Both the position numbers and the translations under genes were made by a program. DNA of 64,000 bases from Candidatus Babeliales bacterium. GTDB taxonomy: Bacteria > Babelota > Babeliae > Babelales > JANWKD01. The DNA lies in the NCBI GenBank assembly GCA_963722255.1, contig CAVRJO010000002.1, forward strand, positions 352,001 through 416,000. Direction: 5' to 3'. Below, piece after piece: positions 59,675 to 64,000 of this stretch (position 1 is the first letter of the stretch; every line of letters begins with the position of its first letter). The notes under the pieces were generated by a model that did not search any database, was not told the DNA's origin, and worked only from the letters and a program-made list of their open reading frames with translations.

Positions 59675-59820
59675 TCCTTAAAATACAAAGAGAGAAATAC
59701 CTCGAATAAGAGCTCTTCCTTTTATAGTAAGTAATAACTATTTACATGCTTTAAAAAGATTTTTTAAAGTAATTTAAATAATATTGATCGACTTTGAATT
59801 TTTTTATAGAAGGAAACTCT

Positions 59821-60357
59821 ATGGCAACATATTTAAAAAATAAAACAGGCACCACCCAAAAAATGACCCACGTATTTAAGTTGTCTGACTTACCTGAAGA
59901 GCGTTATGGTGATGCCGGTGAGTTAAAACTAATAACACAATCAGATTTTCCAATTCTTCGCGGATTATCAATATTTTGGGTTAATTTAGACAGTGATGGT
60001 ATTGCACTTCCTCATTGGCATCCCAATGCTGATGAACTCGTTTTTGTTCTGAGTGGAAAGGGCCGCATGAGCGTGGTAAGCCCAAATAATGAGATTGAAA
60101 CTAAAGAATTTGAAAAGGGGAATCTACTTTTTTTCCCTCGAGGATATTTTCATTATTTTGAAAGCATTGGGGATGAAAAAGTCCAAGTATTAGCTATCTT
60201 TAATAATGAATTACCTGAATATATGGGGGTTGTAAGCGCACTTTCCGGCATTCCAAATGATACACTTGAAAATGTATTTAAAGCCCCAACCAATACTTTT
60301 AAAAACTTTGAAAAAAACGATACTATTCTTACCAAGAAAAAAAACACTAAAAATTAA
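59821..60357 (+). CDS. Cupin-domain protein (oxalate decarboxylase/germin-like)
   Basis: PHWHPNADE.VFVLSG and FPRGYFHY cupin motifs. Confidence 0.88.
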   Translation: MATYLKNKTGTTQKMTHVFKLSDLPEERYGDAGELKLITQSDFPILRGLSIFWVNLDSDGIALPHWHPNADELVFVLSGKGRMSVVSPNNEIETKEFEKGNLLFFPRGYFHYFESIGDEKVQVLAIFNNELPEYMGVVSALSGIPNDTLENVFKAPTNTFKNFEKNDTILTKKKNTKN

Positions 60358-60440
60358 AATCCTGAATCACAAACAAGGAAGAGGTGTATAAGTCTTTAAC
60401 AACTTCACACTCTTCCCCTTTTTTATAGAGATCGAAAAAT

Positions 60441-60469
60441 TTGACAAATATAAAAATAAATAATAAAAT
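60441..60469 (+). promoter_or_regulatory. Putative sigma70 promoter of the nucleotide transporter
   Basis: TTGACA-17 nt-TAAAAT. Confidence 0.6.
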
Positions 60470-60517
60470 TCATACTTATCCATTTTCTTTATTAATTACT
60501 CTAAAAATTCATCTACA

Positions 60518-61912
60518 ATGGCATTACTAAATAACTATTTTAAACGCAATTTTCCTTTTACTCATCCAGATGAACTAACAAAATTTTTCAAAATGGGATT
60601 AATTTTTTGTACCATACTTGCGGCATATTGGACTCTAGGAACCATTAAAGAATCCCTTTTGAGTGATCTTATTGGTAGCTCAATGCTTCCCTATGCAAAG
60701 ATCTTCTCATTACTTTTCTTAGTTCCTGTACTCTTACTCTATTCTCGATTACTTGATCTACTCTCTTGCCAAAAACTTTTTGTACTTATTTCATCATTGT
60801 ACGCATTTATTACACTCATTTTTGCCTATTTAATCGATAGTTCCCTGTTCAATGAAATGAACAGCCCTTCTTTAATGCAAAACTCACATGTACCACTCTA
60901 TGCATCATACATATTCTGTTTTTCATTCTACGCATTTGTTGAAAGTTATGGCTCTCTCTTGGTCGCTTTATTTTGGGCTATTGCAACAAGCACAACCCAA
61001 CCGGAATCAGCAAAAAAAGGATTTCCTCTTATTGTTGGTTTAGGTCAAATAGGTGGCATTTTAGGTCCTCTTGTTTTGAGTAGAATTCCACGTTATTTCC
61101 ATTTAACAACGAGCAGCCTTTCAGTATATATATCAGCTCTACTTATAGTAATTTCTTCTGTTTTATTTTGGTATTTTTTACGTTCTACCCCTTCTATTTT
61201 GCTACAACCATTTCAGGGCTCAGAAAAAAAATTTTCCGATACCAAACAGGTTCCAGGCTTCTTTGAAGGATTGAGCCTCATTATAAAAAACTACTATTTA
61301 ATTGGTATATGGTGCATTATATTTTTTTTTGAATTTATTACTCAACTTTTTGACTATTATTTTAAATGCTTTGCTGCTGAGCAACTTTCAGGATTAGAAC
61401 TTGCTGAGTATATTGGTTTTTATGGCAGCGCAATAAATTTTGTTACATTGCTGTGCTTAGTGCTCGGCATCAATAAAATCAACAATTTTTTTGGTATTAT
61501 ATATTCTCTTTTATTAATCCCCATACTTGTAGGGTTTTCAATTTTTGGTTTTATACTTTATCAAAATAGTACAATCTTGTTTTTCATATTAGTGCTTCTA
61601 AAAGCAGTAAATTTTTCACTCACTATTCCAACAACAAAACAGTTATATATTCCCACAACTCAAGATGTACGTTTCAAGGCTCAAGCATGGATTGATACGT
61701 TCGGCTCACGTACCGCACGACAATGTAGCGGAATCTATGCTATGCTGCTTAATCCTCTACAATTTAAAACATTACAAATTTGTTTTGTATCAACGCTTAT
61801 TCAATTCACCAATTATTTTTGCCTGAGCTTGGTATTTTTTTGGTTTTTTATTGCATTCTATCTTGGTAAAAAACATACCAATGCAATAAAAAACAATACG
61901 ATAATCTGCTAA
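60518..61912 (+). CDS. TLC/NTT family nucleotide transporter (ATP/ADP translocase-like)
   Basis: ~12 TMs; FVESYGSLLVALFW, AKKGFPLI, KAVNFSL..PTTKQLYIPT..DVRFKAQAWIDTFGSR. Confidence 0.88.
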   Translation: MALLNNYFKRNFPFTHPDELTKFFKMGLIFCTILAAYWTLGTIKESLLSDLIGSSMLPYAKIFSLLFLVPVLLLYSRLLDLLSCQKLFVLISSLYAFITLIFAYLIDSSLFNEMNSPSLMQNSHVPLYASYIFCFSFYAFVESYGSLLVALFWAIATSTTQPESAKKGFPLIVGLGQIGGILGPLVLSRIPRYFHLTTSSLSVYISALLIVISSVLFWYFLRSTPSILLQPFQGSEKKFSDTKQVPGFFEGLSLIIKNYYLIGIWCIIFFFEFITQLFDYYFKCFAAEQLSGLELAEYIGFYGSAINFVTLLCLVLGINKINNFFGIIYSLLLIPILVGFSIFGFILYQNSTILFFILVLLKAVNFSLTIPTTKQLYIPTTQDVRFKAQAWIDTFGSRTARQCSGIYAMLLNPLQFKTLQICFVSTLIQFTNYFCLSLVFFWFFIAFYLGKKHTNAIKNNTIIC

Positions 61913-61992
61913 CGATACATAGCCTTGTATCCGCGCTTTAAACGAGTTTAAGCAAAAATCACACTCTTCCTACAGTTCTTCCTCTTCAATCA

Positions 61993-64000
61993 TTATAAAG
62001 GCGGGAATGACAAATTAGAATTTAGATTCGCAAATGGACTCCTTGTATTAGCTTGAAATTGCGTATATATATTTGTTGCAAATACATAATTAAGATCATT
62101 CTGGAACGCAGTATTCTGAATAACAAGATTAGAGCTTGAAGAAGCACTAATCCCTCTTCCGGAAGATACTCCTGCTGTAACGGTTGGTCCCGTTACATTG
62201 CTTACATTGTTTCCCATAATTTGTGTTTTGGAAGGAAAGTTTAATCCTGATAAAACTTCAACTGAAAGCGTTGCTGTGTTTTGGACCCCTCCAATAACAA
62301 CTAAATCTCCTTTTGGGGACCAATCAACATCATCAACTGTTGCACCATGACTATATTCTGAAACAAGAGTTAAAGAAGAACCACTATAACTGACAACTCG
62401 AGTATCAAAACTACTACTTGGTGCACCCCCGATTAAAATATAGTTATTATCGGGAGACCAAGCAACACCTAAAGTGGTTCCGCCCGTTGTAAACGTAGGG
62501 CCTGCGGTTAATGTAGTTCCATTAAATGTATAGACTTGTATTGCAGTACCTGTAGTGGTACCTATTACAATTTTTTGACCATCTGACGACCATCTAATAG
62601 TACCAATCGCTCCAATTGTTGAAGTTGCCGAAGTAAGAACGCTTATTGTTGTACCATTAATTCTCACAATACTTATTAATCCGTTACCTGAAGTTCCTCC
62701 CACAACAAGAAGGCTTGGATTTGTTGGGCACCAATGCACTGCAACTGCAAAAAAAGTAGCTCCGCCTGTATTTGAAGGAAGATTTGCAATTAAAGAGAAG
62801 GGAATTGTTGCATTTGCATTAAATTCATATATTAAAAGTGCACCCGTACAAACAGCAATATATTTACCATTTTGCGACCAACTTACTGCGTTTGGAGCTG
62901 CTAAAACCTCAATATTATTAACGCTATAGCTCGCACCAAACATTCCACCGCTAAAAGAATAAACTGTTATTTTACCACCAGCAACACTATCAACAGCAAC
63001 AAGATAAGCACTATCAGGTGACCATGATATAGCTCTTGCATTAGCTGAGGCATCGACAACACTTGCAGTAACTATTAAAACACCATTTGTTAGCTCATAT
63101 ACCAAAATAGTGCCTAAAGTAGATGTTGCTATGTATCTTCCATCAGGCGACCACGCGATGGAAGTTATTGTTCCGGCTCCCGATATAGAAGGTAAAGATG
63201 AATTACTCAGTGCCGTAAAGGTATACGCCATTTGAATACCAAAGGGCTGCGCATTGGAACTGGTAGAAACATTACTTATTATATTATTTGTTATAATATC
63301 ACGATTTTCACCGGAACCAATAAAAATGGCATTAGCGCTATTGACTGAAGAAGTATCGCTGGTGCTGACATTATTAATGAAACAGTCTGTAAATATATTG
63401 CTCCCTCCATTATTTGCAGTAATGCCAAATATACTACCTGTGGTCGTCGTAGTATTTTTGATGGTACATGCTGATATATTATTAGAAAAACTGCTATTGA
63501 ACTCCATTCCGGCACTTAATGAATTGAAAATTGAACAATTTGATACTTCTCCACCTAGAGCAGCATTTAAAGTCAGAGCTGTTGTATTACCAACAAATTC
63601 TACATCCGTAATTTCAAATGTGGAAATAGGTGAACCAGTCGTTCCATTAAATAAAACACCATGTTGTGAATTTAAGATTGTCGTACCTGATAAATCAATA
63701 TTTGAAGAACCTGCTGCGATGCTAATGCCATTTCCAGTCATGCCACTTAACGACCCATTATTAATAGAGACATTTGATTGACCATTAATTAATATGCCAT
63801 TCACTCCTGTTGTACTATTACTTTGAGTAATGCCATTACATCCTAAATCAAGGGATACATTGCTCGCATTAATGGTTATGGCTGAACTACCCGGCGTTAC
63901 CGGAGCAAAAGAAACATTACTTGCAAGAGTATACGCACCTGCTTGTGCAATAACATAGCCGGAAGTTCCAATTAATGCTGCAGTGATTATAGTTGTTACA
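61993..64000 (-). CDS. Large surface-type protein: right-handed beta-helix with inserted WD40-like propeller (5' end beyond the window)
   Basis: Frame stays open from 63804 to the window end (GYVIAQAGAYTLASNV...AITINASNVSLDL); seven W[S/C]xxx blades such as WSPDG. Confidence 0.85.
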   Translation of the reverse strand, partial: VTTIITAALIGTSGYVIAQAGAYTLASNVSFAPVTPGSSAITINASNVSLDLGCNGITQSNSTTGVNGILINGQSNVSINNGSLSGMTGNGISIAAGSSNIDLSGTTILNSQHGVLFNGTTGSPISTFEITDVEFVGNTTALTLNAALGGEVSNCSIFNSLSAGMEFNSSFSNNISACTIKNTTTTTGSIFGITANNGGSNIFTDCFINNVSTSDTSSVNSANAIFIGSGENRDIITNNIISNVSTSSNAQPFGIQMAYTFTALSNSSLPSISGAGTITSIAWSPDGRYIATSTLGTILVYELTNGVLIVTASVVDASANARAISWSPDSAYLVAVDSVAGGKITVYSFSGGMFGASYSVNNIEVLAAPNAVSWSQNGKYIAVCTGALLIYEFNANATIPFSLIANLPSNTGGATFFAVAVHWCPTNPSLLVVGGTSGNGLISIVRINGTTISVLTSATSTIGAIGTIRWSSDGQKIVIGTTTGTAIQVYTFNGTTLTAGPTFTTGGTTLGVAWSPDNNYILIGGAPSSSFDTRVVSYSGSSLTLVSEYSHGATVDDVDWSPKGDLVVIGGVQNTATLSVEVLSGLNFPSKTQIMGNNVSNVTGPTVTAGVSSGRGISASSSSNLVIQNTAFQNDLNYVFATNIYTQFQANTRSPFANLNSNLSFPPL

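Overview
AT-rich bacterial chromosomal window, standard genetic code. The mix of a TLC/NTT nucleotide transporter, ankyrin proteins, BamA/LolD/MurJ, scattered housekeeping genes and many signal-peptide orphan ORFs suggests an intracellular symbiont or parasite of protists. My best guess is Candidatus Dependentiae (TM6/Babeliae); this is inference only. Housekeeping genes: rho (partial), secF, rpmA, thyX, smpB, mutY, bamA, cysS, efp, nusB, gatB, orn, comM, acpS, murJ, lolD and initiator tRNA-Met. Main candidate novel system: at least 11 dispersed orphan proteins share a 'signal peptide-[A/G/S]|Met' N-terminal signature. Several carry eukaryote-like cargo: a 7x C2H2 zinc-finger protein, two F-box-like proteins, an ankyrin protein, NLS-like motifs and degenerate M48-like domains. 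A coupled operon of large secreted proteins with a translocator-like hydrophobic segment (21317-29345) lies next to the zinc-finger gene. Also seen: a duplicated cysS 3' end bracketing an inserted gene, two genes split by single in-frame stops, a PIN toxin-antitoxin pair whose toxin may start at ATA, and a structured intergenic RNA candidate. No CRISPR array, rRNA or transposase was seen.
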